From contig NC_043009.1 in assembly GCF_006345805.1 (NCBI RefSeq), positions 54,994,001 through 55,058,000 on the forward strand: a stretch of 64,000 nucleotides of DNA, read 5' to 3'. The stretch is from Octopus sinensis. Its lineage: Eukaryota. How positions within the stretch are numbered: position 1 is the first letter of the stretch; every line of letters begins with the position of its first letter. Shown in pieces: positions 1 to 10,657 of the stretch. The notes beneath the pieces are model-generated. The model ran no database searches. It was not told the origin of the DNA and saw nothing but the letters and a program-made list of their open reading frames with translations. Position numbers and translations under genes: made by a program.

Positions 1-56
1 TTTATTCTTCAGTCAAGAACCGGATCATCCTCGCAATTTCGGCTATTGTAAAACTG

Positions 57-217
57 ATAAAAAGAGTACAGTGAACTTGCTGTGAGAAGTGGAAAGCCCA
101 ATGTTTCAGACAGAGTCCTTCTTCAGCAAAAATTAGAAAAGAGAGAAGTAAATGAGAGACAGCAGAGTTTTGCAAAGTTTTCCACTCTTCATGGCAAGTT
201 CACTGTACTCTTTTTAT
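57..217. repeat. Small MITE-like element with ~40-bp imperfect terminal inverted repeats
   Basis: ATAAAAAGAGTACAGTGAACTTGCTGTGAGAAGTGGAAA (from 57) pairs with TTTCCACTCTTCATGGCAAGTTCACTGTACTCTTTTTAT (to 217). Confidence 0.6.
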
Positions 218-1079
218 TGATTTAACTACATTGTATAAGTCTTGTCAATGCAGAACAACACCAGGCTCATTTGAGTCCATTTGATCATATATGTACATGT
301 GTATGTCTGTGTGTGTGAGGGTGTGTGTGTGTGAGAGAGAGAGAGAGAAAGATAGATATATACACATGCATATGGATATATATTACACACATACATATTT
401 GCACACACAAAAAGAGAGAAAAATAGACAAAAAGAGAGACAGATAAGAGAAAAAAGAAAAGAGGGAGGGAAGGGGCAAGGGAGAGAGAGAGGAGGAGAGT
501 GCAAGGGAGGGAGGGAGGGAGAGAGTGCTTCAGATTAGCAATTCTAATAAGAATCTGCATAAACCATCTGCATAAACTAAAATGTGATATCATCTTAACA
601 TTACTCATCGAAGCCAATATGTCAATAATTGTTAACTATTAATTAACAGCTTAATCTTTTTAGACTCATCACAGAAACATAAAAACTCTAGGATGAAAAC
701 CCTTAAAACAATACTAATGTTTCTTCTTCACTGTCATCATCATCATCATCATCACCATTTAACATTCATGCTCCATACTTGTAGGGGTTAGATGGTTTGA
801 CGGAATCAAGTGAGACCAAAGATTACATCATGTTGCAGCATCTGCCCTTCCTAACACCAACCACTACACAGTGTGTACATAGGTACCATATGAGGCAACC
901 ATGCAGCTCACAAGACTATGAATCCCAAAGGTTTTATGTAAGGAGATGAGTGGTTTGCAAAGCAAGTTCTTGTCGGAGAAGAGCTACATGGCTACTCACG
1001 TTTAGAAGAGAGGATGAAAATAATCAGTAAGAAGTATGATGAAATAAATAAAGGTAATAAGGTGTGTAGGTGGCCCCTC

Positions 1080-1290
1080 AAGATACAAGGTACATAGAAT
1101 GGAGTGGGAACAGAGAAACTAGGAGTGTGAGTGGGTGGGTGACACTTTGCATGAGGTTATGGAAGTGATCGAGAGATGGAGAGGGGTGGGAAGGTAGGCA
1201 ACAACTGTAAAGATTGGGTAGGGCTGAAAGGTGTATACTGAGGGTGGTACATAAGGAGCAGAGGAAGACCAATGATGCACGTGATGGGGA
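1080..1290 (+). mobile_element. Heavily decayed RTE-like LINE C-terminal remnant
   Basis: Broken frames give KVYTEGG..RSRGRP, resembling the GKRSRGRP motif at the end of RTE ORFs; many stops. Confidence 0.3.
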
Positions 1291-1654
1291 CTACAATTTA
1301 ATTTAGAAATTTAACCCCAATGCAGCAAATGCTGTTCTTCTAAGTTCCAAGATAACCAAATTGACAACACATTCAATATATCACCAATAAATAGAACATT
1401 AAACTTTATCTATCAATTTTAAAAGTTTTGCTTTTGTAAACAGAAAGAACACCTGTTGTATATATCAAAGTTTAAATTTGTACATTTGTAGTTTAATTTA
1501 TGTGATGTCTGTAGCTATAGATTTTATTTAAATTTTATACAATCTTTTGAGTTGAAGAAAAAAAAATCTAAGTTCACTAATTTTCTGCCTATCTTTTTAA
1601 ACTTTCTTTTCTTATTTCAAATAATTCTGCACAATACTTAATGATAGCATGCAA

Positions 1655-1870
1655 ACGCATGTGGCTTAGCAATTAGAGTGTTACACTCATGATTACAAGA
1701 TCATGGTTTCAACTCCTAGACTACACAGTGCATTGTGTTCTCAAACAAAACACTTCCTTTCATGTGACTGCAGACTGCTCAGCTGTAAATGAATAACCCT
1801 GCAAGAGACTAGCATCCTACTCAGGGAGAATGTTGTGATCTATAGGTCACAGACATCAGGTAACCAGCCC
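1655..1870 (+). mobile_element. tRNA-headed SINE (family E); other copies ~24878-25180(+), 30215-30425(-), 45990-46220(-), 49935-50240(+), 54330-54470(-), 57545-57790(+)
   Basis: A-box-like TGGCTTAG(T/C)..TTAG and B-box-like GGTTTC(A/G)A(C/T)TCC, followed by a shared TTGTGTTCTTGAGCAAAACACTT..CACTCAGCTG core. Confidence 0.7.
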
Positions 1871-3521
1871 TGTGGTAGCTAAGACTTGGGACAGTAATGC
1901 CCAGGGGTTGATAAGATGATGATGATGATAAAACTGACCAATTTCTCAAATAAACAAATTGATTTCTTTTAACTAGGGTTGGAGGTGTTGTTGCTCAATT
2001 TACCTGGCCTTTGTATACTTGCTCCTTTAGCTTATTGAGCTCCACTCTACTGTAAACATTCAGACAACACCCAAGTTCCCCTTCTCAATGCATTTTTTGG
2101 AGACATTCCGTTCAGGACAGGCATCAACCATAGATATCTCATTTATAAGCATGGTTCAACATACTTAATAGGCACTACTCCCTCTTCCCTAAACTGACTT
2201 ATGAAAAAAACATAACTGTCCTGGCATTATACTGAGTATGTGTTTTAAGGAAAGATAAAGTCAAACCTAGTGAAATTTGAACTTGGATCCATGAGTGGCA
2301 AGGTAAAATAAACTAAACTTATGAACCTGTCATGCTTAGAAATAATGCCTTAAAAATAAGGCTAAAATATTTAAATCGTTTTTTTAAAAAAAAAACAACA
2401 CAAAAACCCATCAATTATTTATATAGTCCACACGAGCACCAATAAACCAAAGAAAGAAACGCCAAGCTAAACCAAGATAATGAAAGAGCATCCATACTGC
2501 TGCTGGAAATAGCAGCCAAATATTTGCCAAATCACACCCAAACATCTTCAAAGTGGAACACTGAATAGCAGTGTTTGGGAGAAAGACTGGATGACCAGAG
2601 CCAAAACACCTTCGATCATACATCTGTTGTTCAAAGGAGGAGTTGGGTTTTAAACAAAAACAACATCAATAAGTGCCTAAATATTTGAGTGCAATTATCT
2701 ATCAATGGTGAACAATTGCATTGACTTCAGGAAAGAAGACTGTGGACATAGGATGTTCATACTCTTATCTAATGGCATAAGTGAAATGTAATAACTATAA
2801 CTGGGGTAAAAATTGAAACCATGTTGCAGATTCACAATGCTGAAAGTTTATCACCTACTCAGCATTGCAAACCGCAGTAAAGATGTTGAACAATGTAAGA
2901 AACATGAGAATTCACAATAGAAGGAAGTGGAATGAAAATCTAATTCCAAAATATATCATAATATCACCAGGATCAATATGACAGTCAGCTCAATAAACTT
3001 GAAAGGGAGAATAAACCAGTATAGATATGCATAAATGCATATGTGTGTGCATATAAGTATATGCATTGTGTGTGTGTTGAAAATACAATTACGTTCTAGT
3101 TATTACAATTTTTCATAATTCTGCATGAGCTGCTTACAATTGGAGCACTTGAAAATCCAATTCTCTCCGGGCTTGTTTTGCAACCATGCAGTTTTGGGTT
3201 CAGTCCCACTATGTGTCCCCTTGACAAGCATCATCTATTGTAATCCCAGGTTGACCAATGCCTTGTGAATGAACCTGTGAGACAGAAACTGTGTGAAAGC
3301 CTGTCGTCGTGTGTGTGTGTAGGCTTTATGTTTATGTTTGTCCCCCCACTCCCAATGCTTGACAACTGGCGGCATGTTTTACATACGTGTAACTTAGTAG
3401 TTCAACAAAAGAGACTGTTAGAATAAGTACCAGACTTAAAAAATAAATGCTGGATTTGATTCGTTTAACTAAAGACTCCAGCGTGGCTGCAGTCCAATGA
3501 CTGAACAGAAATAAAAGACAA

Positions 3522-4300
3522 ATGCTGGAAGACACTGCAGAAGAAGCTGACAGCTTCTGTTACCTAGGTGACCTAATTAACAAAAGAGATAGGTCTTCTG
3601 AAAGCATAGTAACTAGATCAACAAAAGGGTGGAAAAAGTTAAGGATGATATTGCCTCAGCAGGAAACAAGGGATTCTTCTCCAAGTGAACAACAGAGTGT
3701 ATAACATATGTTTATGAAGTGCAACATTGCATGATAGCAAGACAGGGCATTGAATATAGAGGATGGGAAAAGGCAAGAAAGAAATGAGAGGTACAGGTTC
3801 CATTGGATGTGTAATGTTATAGGGCTTAAATGACAGCACATCTATGATCTGAGAGAACAAGTGATTGTAAGAATCATAATGTGTTAGAGAAAAGACCAAG
3901 GTGGTATGGATGTGTTAAAGGCAACGAGCTGGCAGAAACGTTAGCAGGCCGGACGGAATGCTTAGCGGTATTTCGTCTGCCACTATGTTCTGAGTTCAAA
4001 TTCTGCTGAGGTCGACTTTGCCTTTCATCCTTTCGGGGTCGATAAATTAAGTACCAGTTACGCATTGGGGTCGATATAATCGACTTAATCCGTCTGTCTG
4101 TCCTTGTTTGTCTCCTCTGTGTTTAGCCCCTTGTGGCTAGTAAAGAAATAGTTATGGGTGTATGATGTGTATAGAGGATAACTGTTGGATAAGGAAGTAC
4201 CAAGTAAGTGAAAGAACTGCAGTTGAGGAGGACTGAGGAAAACAAGGGAAAAAGTGGTGAAAGCTGATCAGAAGAAGCTGAATGAAAATCCCGAAGGAAA
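3522..4300 (+). mobile_element. Decayed RTE-clade LINE 3' part, interrupted by a SINE at 3920-4151
   Basis: Translates to DSFCYLGDLI..SESIVTR..GWKK..WMCNV..RPRWYGCV, resuming after the SINE as YGCMMCIEDNCWIRK. These match post-RT RTE motifs (FCYLG, GWKKF, RWMCN, RWYGHV). Confidence 0.8.
3920..4151 (+). mobile_element. Near full-length tRNA-headed SINE (family B)
   Basis: GGCAACGAGCTGGCAGAAACGTTAGC..GAGTTCAAATTC (B box)..GGTCGACTTTGCCTTTCATCCTTTCGGGGTCGATAAATTAAGTACCAG..AAAGAAATAG; many related copies across the window. Confidence 0.85.
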
Positions 4301-4596
4301 TAATAATGAAGGGCCACAATAAGGTGCTATAAGGTGCTGGAGTAGACCCATACAACCCTTTGTGAGCAAAAAAAATAACATGTAAAAACCATGGTGAAGA
4401 TGATGACAATGATGATCATGATGATGATGATGATGACAAAGATATGTTGAAGAATCAACTTTAGAATCTTCTGAAATATGACTTCTACTTTGTCATTGTA
4501 TCACCGAAGAGACACATTGGAAGAGAAACAAAGCAAGCAAGCATATAAGTGAGAGTGAGAGCATAACTAAGAATAACTGACTGATTTCTCACTCAC

Positions 4597-4794
4597 CACC
4601 ACCACCACCACTACCACCGTTGCCACTATCATCCTCTGCAGAGGACGGTAATGTTTCCAAACACACTTTGTTGACTTGTCTATTTTCTACTCTACAAAAT
4701 TTCTCAATTATTTCAAGTCTTACTGGTTCTATTGATTTCCTCCCTCAACACAACACTGTACTCTGATTACATTTTTTTTCTTCTTTTGCAAAAG
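4597..4794 (-). other. Candidate 198-nt phase 1-1 exon containing one in-frame TGA
   Basis: Acceptor CTTCTATTTATTTCAG| at 4795, donor G|GTGAGT at 4596. Frame reads FAKEEKKCNQSTVLC*GRKSIEPVRLEIIEKFCRVENRQVNKVCLETLPSSAEDDSGNGGSGGGG. Confidence 0.25.
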
Positions 4795-5183
4795 CTGAAA
4801 TAAATAGAAGCATCTCAAATAATGTTGAGATCAACTGAAATACTATACAAACCTCCATGAATTGTAACTATTTTGGTACAGAACTAGAAAAGGATTTGCA
4901 TTATCATGATACTAGTTCTTATTTTAACCCTTTTGAACTCAGTGACACAATGGTTATTATTATTGTTACTTAACCTAGTTTAACTCAGTTCAGTTATCTT
5001 TGATTGAGCAGACCCATGATCAAACCTATTCCAACCTTAACTGTCCCATCTTTCTTTGAAATAGTGTATCTAGGAGAAAAGTGTGCCGAATGGTTGTTTT
5101 TTGTCTTTTTTTTTAAGGTGTATCAACTTAATAACTGACAGACTTCTCATCCTTTGTCTTTTCCCTGCTAGCACCACCACCAC

Positions 5184-5294
5184 CTGCACAAGATGGCAAT
5201 GTTTCCAAACACACCTTGTTGTCTTGTCTGTTTCCTACTCCACAAAATTTCTCAGTTTTTTTCAAGTGGAATTTGAAAGATTTGGCAGCTATTT
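5184..5294 (-). other. Candidate 111-nt phase 1-1 exon, paralogous to part of 4597-4794
   Basis: TAG| at 5295 and weak CAG|GTGGTG donor at 5183. Frame reads IAAKSFKFHLKKTEKFCGVGNRQDNKVCLETLPSCA. Confidence 0.2.
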
Positions 5295-5320
5295 CTAGCA
5301 GATTGAATAACCATGTAGAG

Positions 5321-5561
5321 CAATGGTTCTCAACCAGGATCCATATGGCCCTTGGGTGTCCATATAAAATTTTGACAATAAAAATTTGTGCAATAAATAC
5401 CTTATACTTCCACAATATACAAAATATTTCAATTTGTTTTTATACAATTCCTAATAATAGGAATAATAGCAGTATGATTTTTTTAATATATATACTGAAT
5501 GGTTATGGAGGTCCAGTAGAAACAAAGGAGTCCACAAGCAAAAAATGGTTGAGAACCACTG
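5321..5561. mobile_element. hAT (Charlie-like) MITE
   Basis: TIRs CAATGGTTCTCAACC / GGTTGAGAACCACTG; candidate 8-bp TSD ATGTAGAG / ATGTTAAG (6/8 identical). Confidence 0.75.
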
Positions 5562-6008
5562 ATGTTAAGATTTCCCTCACTGGCATGTGACAATATTTCT
5601 TACCAAGATGACACAGCAAATTGATGAAGGAGCAATATACAACCAACATCACCAGACCCCATAATATTTTTTCTTTGACTAGGCACAAGACCAGTTTTTA
5701 CACAAGAGGTATTTACTCAACTGAATCAGTTTCTGAATATTAAAAATACCATATTTGAAAGCATAAAAGAAACTTGGGCATATTAGACAAACCTACAATT
5801 TCAGTAGTGCATATTCAGGAAAAAGGTTTTTAGTATCCAGCCCAAATATTCTACCTGTTTTATGTTTAAACCAATCAGATCTAGCCTCTTACACCTAAAG
5901 GGTTAAAGCTTCTAATAAAGGCCTCACTTCACAGATAGGACCAAGGATGATTTTTGAAACATTCTTTTAAAAAAAATGTGTCTCATATACCATCAAATAT
6001 AGTACATA

Positions 6009-6896
6009 CGAGGAGGTACCCAAAAGAAACCAAAAGTTTGCAACGTTATTTTATTCATTTAGTTTTTCATGTTTACACTTTTATTGCTTTCAAAGTATTC
6101 TCTATTCAAAACAATGCGTCGGTCCAGATGTGTTTTCCACTATTTGATGCTGAAACTCTTGCAAAGTGATGCCTTTTAACATTTCCGTTGTTTTTTTCCC
6201 TTCCCCTTTTCCAAATCTGCAAATTCTGTAGCATCAATTTTCATCACCAGTAATGACCTTTGAAAAGAGGTCCTGATCAGTTTCCAACTGTTCTTTCAGT
6301 CCATGACCCGCATTCAGTCATGACTGCTTTTGATCTTCCATGAGCAAGGGAGGCACACATTTTGCAGCAATTCTTTATCATTTGCAATTCCTTGGCAGAA
6401 GCTCCAGGACACACCAGTGATATCAACAAGTTCATCAATTGTTCAGTGACGGTCCTCCAAGATCAGTTCATGAATTTTCATGATGTTTTCATTCTTTAGG
6501 AAGGTCAACAACCATCCTGGACAAAGTTGGTCTTCAAGTGACAAGTGACCATTCCTAAAGCATGAAAACCACTCATAAACTTCTTTTGCTCATGGCAGCA
6601 TCTTTGTAAGCTGTTTGAAGTATGACAACTGTTTCAGCTGCCATTTTCCCCAGCAGAAAACAGAATTTCTCAGAAGCATGCTGTTCTTTCGTTTCAGTCA
6701 TCACAAAAATTTATGAAAATGGGAGAAGCACTGCAAAACAAAGACACACCACATGGCAGTACTATGTCACTCTGTGATGTCAGTCAGTAGACTGATGCCT
6801 GAGGTTTGTATCAAGTAGCTTCTAGCAGCAGAAACCTTAAGAACAATGGGCTTGTCCTACAGAGAATATTTCTGATTACTTTTGGGTACCTCCTCA
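6009..6896 (-). mobile_element. Internally deleted, decayed mariner transposon
   Basis: TIRs TA|CGAGGAGGTACCCAAAAG and CTTTTGGGTACCTCCTCA|TA. Minus strand encodes KFCFLLGKMAAETVVILQTAYKDAAMS..IAAKCVPPLLMEDQKQ..LETDQDLFSKVITGDE (mariner HTH, linker and first catalytic Asp); C-terminal catalytic part missing. Confidence 0.9.
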
Positions 6897-8235
6897 TATT
6901 TTGCTGGCACTGTTGGGGTGAAAGAATCACCAAGTTAATTTCAGTAATTTACTAGCAGACATCCTTTGAAATCTAATGCAAATGGAAGGTGTATTTAGTA
7001 TTAACAATGTTACCTTGCTGAATACTATGCCTTTGGATATTCTCATGTCTCATTGCTAGCACAAATGATAAAATACTTTCCAGGTCTCCCTCTAACTGAA
7101 CTTATATGCCTTGTAGGGGTAAAAACAACCTGCACCAACTTGAAATGTATATTCCTTCAGTGGTACATACAAACATCTTGGTCAGTTACTAACATGGAAT
7201 TCATGGAGAAGTAAAATTAAAGTGACATATAGAAACTGGTTATAAATAAATAAACATAGTTTTAAAAAACCAACAAGGGAGCCTATCTGGTCACTTAAAC
7301 TTACTAGAAATAGATAGATTGTGTTTTTACAAATAAGAATATTTACAGCCAGAATGTATTAGACAGCAGGTCTGCTTTATCAGAGCTAACCTGTTTCTGT
7401 CTCTTTGTCACACTGTAACCTTTCATTATCTAACACAAGATCTCCTCCTCCAGTGCCTTCTCTCCTCTCAAAATTCCTTGTCATGCAAGCTACTTGGTGA
7501 CCCTGCCAGTGCTGGTGCCACGTAAAAAGCATCCAGACCAAGCTGTAAAGTGGTAGGCATTTGAAAGGGCATCCAGCCATAAAAACTATGCCAAAACAGA
7601 CACAGAAGTTTGGTGCAGTCTTCCGCCTGGCCAGCTCCTGTCAAACCGTCCAACCCATGCCAGCATAGAAAGCAGTTGTTAAATGATGATGAAATTGCAA
7701 TTAAAAAACAATTTGTTATAAAAAGGGAAAGTTTGTCAAACAAATATGTGAATATAATTCAAAAAATTTTAATAAATAGCTAATATTTTAATTCTTTGCA
7801 TGTCCAACAAGCAACACAGTAACTGCTTCTGAAAAAGGAAGTCTATTCAAATTTATGTATAAAATGGATTACTGAATCAACATGGAAAAAGTTGTCCTTT
7901 CGTTTTTGTTTTTTAACAATCAACAGCTATTTCTGATTATTTCTCTCACCCTCTTCGAATGAAAAATAAACAACCCTGAAATAGAATAATCTTTTCCTAC
8001 CATTATCTAATCTCAGTTTTATGGTCCAGATTTGTTGTGTAAATATTGTCAAAACATCTTCTAACACACCCCAACCCACTACCTAACTCATAATCTCAAC
8101 ATTATTTACTAAAAAAAACACTAATTTTTCCCCTTCATTAACATTTTAATGAAGAATTCTAAATCCTCGCAAAGAACTGTTCAACTTTTATTGCTCCCTA
8201 GCACCAACAAACTCAGCATGAAAATAGCCATCAGT

Positions 8236-8249
8236 GTTGCCATGGCAAC
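8236..8249. promoter_or_regulatory. Perfect palindromic RFX X-box GTTGCCATGGCAAC
   Basis: Exact match to the canonical RFX site, in non-repeat sequence. Confidence 0.45.
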
Positions 8250-8690
8250 ATGATATTAAAGAAGCAATCAGCAAAACTTTTAATGCTCTTGTTGTGTTTT
8301 ACATAATTCTATAATCTTTGGTTAGCAATGATAAATAAAAAAAAAAGAAAGAAACAGGTACTCTAATATATCTTGAAAACTGGTAATTCAAAATAAGCTG
8401 AAAAAACAGAAAACTACTTAAATTAACTGACATGGTACTGTTACTATTGTCGTTATAATGAGGCATTAATGAGATTTTTAGATGTTTCCACTTGAAAAAA
8501 TCTTGAAAAATGTTATTCAAAGAATTCTGATATCTGTTCTGTTCTTGAGAGAAAGATTCAATCAAAACAGTGCAGATTATTAGCAAACTATACTTTGGTT
8601 TTCCTAGTAATATGGAAGCTTCTATAGAGTCACGCAACCTGGTCAATGCTGTTCTTAAACCAGCCCCACTCTCTTCATGCAGTTCCTCAC

Positions 8691-8751
8691 TGGTCTGAAA
8701 ACTGGCATTGCATGAAATAGGTCTGCATGGAAAGAGCTACAGAGTGTTTAC
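8691..8751 (-). CDS. Candidate 61-nt internal coding exon of the minus-strand gene: (x)KHSVALSMQTYFMQCQFSD
   Basis: Strong acceptor GTTGTTTTCTGTTGTCAG|G, donor CA|GTGAGG; only the phase-1 frame is open. Confidence 0.4.
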
Positions 8752-9912
8752 CTGACAACAGAAAACAACTTCCAGTTAGTTCAGTGCAATACCACCAATC
8801 CCTTCTCTCTTAATTCTTATCTGTCCTACTGCAAACTAAGAATTATTATCATCATTATCACCCACTATTATTACTATCTCAAGTACTAGGAAATACAGGG
8901 CAGATTATCTAGTTTCCAGGGCATATAAATGACCAGGATAACAACATTCTTCCTGTATGGAACACCAGTCTGTCACAGGGTTACTTATTTACAGCTGAGT
9001 GGATTGGAGCAACATGAAATCAAGCATTTTTCTCAAAGGACACAAGGCACACGATATACATGCAGATACTATAATAATTTATGAAAGAACAAGGAAGCAT
9101 TTATGACTGCACAACTGGCTAGAAATAACAGCTTAATCTCTCACAAATCAAACCCTATCACATTAAAAATGGAAAAACACTTTGAACAATGTAGTTATGG
9201 ACATATGAAAAAAAAAACACACAAAGAGAGAGAGAGAGAGAGGTCATGGCTGGAATGCCTTTGATCACAGATCTGTTCAATTAAATTGCATGTAGTAGCT
9301 AAACTATAATGTTATTTATGAACAAATTTTAACAAGTTATATATTACAGGGCTTCGGATTTAGGACATGTTCAGGAAATAGTAAAAATACACATGCTAAC
9401 TTTTGAAATTACTTATAAAAGACAACAGCCAAAAAGACAACATATTAAAGGTCAAAATCCAAATATTATATCGAAATGAAATAAATGACAGAAAATTCTG
9501 GAGCAAGAAAAACTTGTACAGGTGTTAACTATATAATGAGTGCAGTCATCTGTCTACAGAACATTTAAAAAATCTTTTTCTATCTTTTCTTTGTTTCAGT
9601 CACTTGATTGTGGCCATGCTGGGGCACTGCCTTGAAAGGTTTTAGTTGAATAAAACTACCCCAGTACTTGCATTTTTTCTTTTTTTTTTATTAAAGTATG
9701 GTACTAATTACATCAGTCTTATTTGCCGAATTGTTCAATTATGGGGGCTGTAAACAAACCAACACAAATTGTCAAACAGTGCATGACACACAATGCACAC
9801 ATATAGATGGGCTGAGGTTCACTACAGCTATTTCAGACATGTTTTTTTTTTTTATTGATGAACAAAATCAATTAATTCATGTAGTGAAGCTCAGCCCATT
9901 TGTGTTTTATAT

Positions 9913-9947
<35 letters not shown>

Positions 9948-9948
<1 letters not shown>

Positions 9949-10550
9949 TTGTGAATTAAGGCTACCATTGGTTTCATGTGAAGAAAAAAATCACAATATC
10001 ATAGCAATTTTTGAAGCCGATCACATGGAGGAATGGTGTTTGTTTCCATTTTGGATGAAAACATAAAAGAGACTTTTTGTGTTTTCATCCAGAATGGAAA
10101 CAAACACCATTCCACCATATGACTGGCTTGAAAAATTGCTAAGACATTAAAACATTTTTTTTAACATATCTATATTTTAGAGATGGGGAATTATGTACAT
10201 TATTTACATTTGACGGATATTTGTCCTCATCTTGTTTGTTGTTAACACAACGTTTCGGCTGATGTACTCTTCAAGCTTCATCAGGTATTAGATTTACAAG
10301 CCCCAAAATTCACTCCATAATTGCCCATGGGCAAATGGTTTAGTGGTTAAAAGCACGGGCTACTAACCCCAAGATTCTGAGTTTGATTTCAAGCAGTGAC
10401 CCTAATAATAATAATAACATTGGAAAAACACTGATGAAGGCTGGAGAGTACATCAGCTGAAATGTTGTGTTAACAACAAACAAGATGAGGACAAATATCC
10501 ATCAAATGTAAATAATGTAAATGAAACCAATGGTAGCCTTAATACACAAA
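9948..10550. repeat. Composite fold-back element with nested inverted repeats
   Basis: 30-bp outer IR 9948-9977/10521-10550 (1 mismatch); hairpin 10002-10141; 89-bp IR 10196-10284/10431-10519 around a tRNA-like SINE head. Confidence 0.85.
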
Positions 10551-10625
10551 TAAAGAAATTTTATCCACCAATGCAGTGCTGAGCACTCATTCTTGTTCAA
10601 CATTTACATATATATGATGATGATG

Positions 10626-10657
<32 letters not shown>

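Noticed and set aside
10331-10400. tRNA-like sequence (also the heads of SINE families A, B and E)
   Set aside because: A and B boxes are present but there is no complete cloverleaf, and they run into SINE bodies or tails
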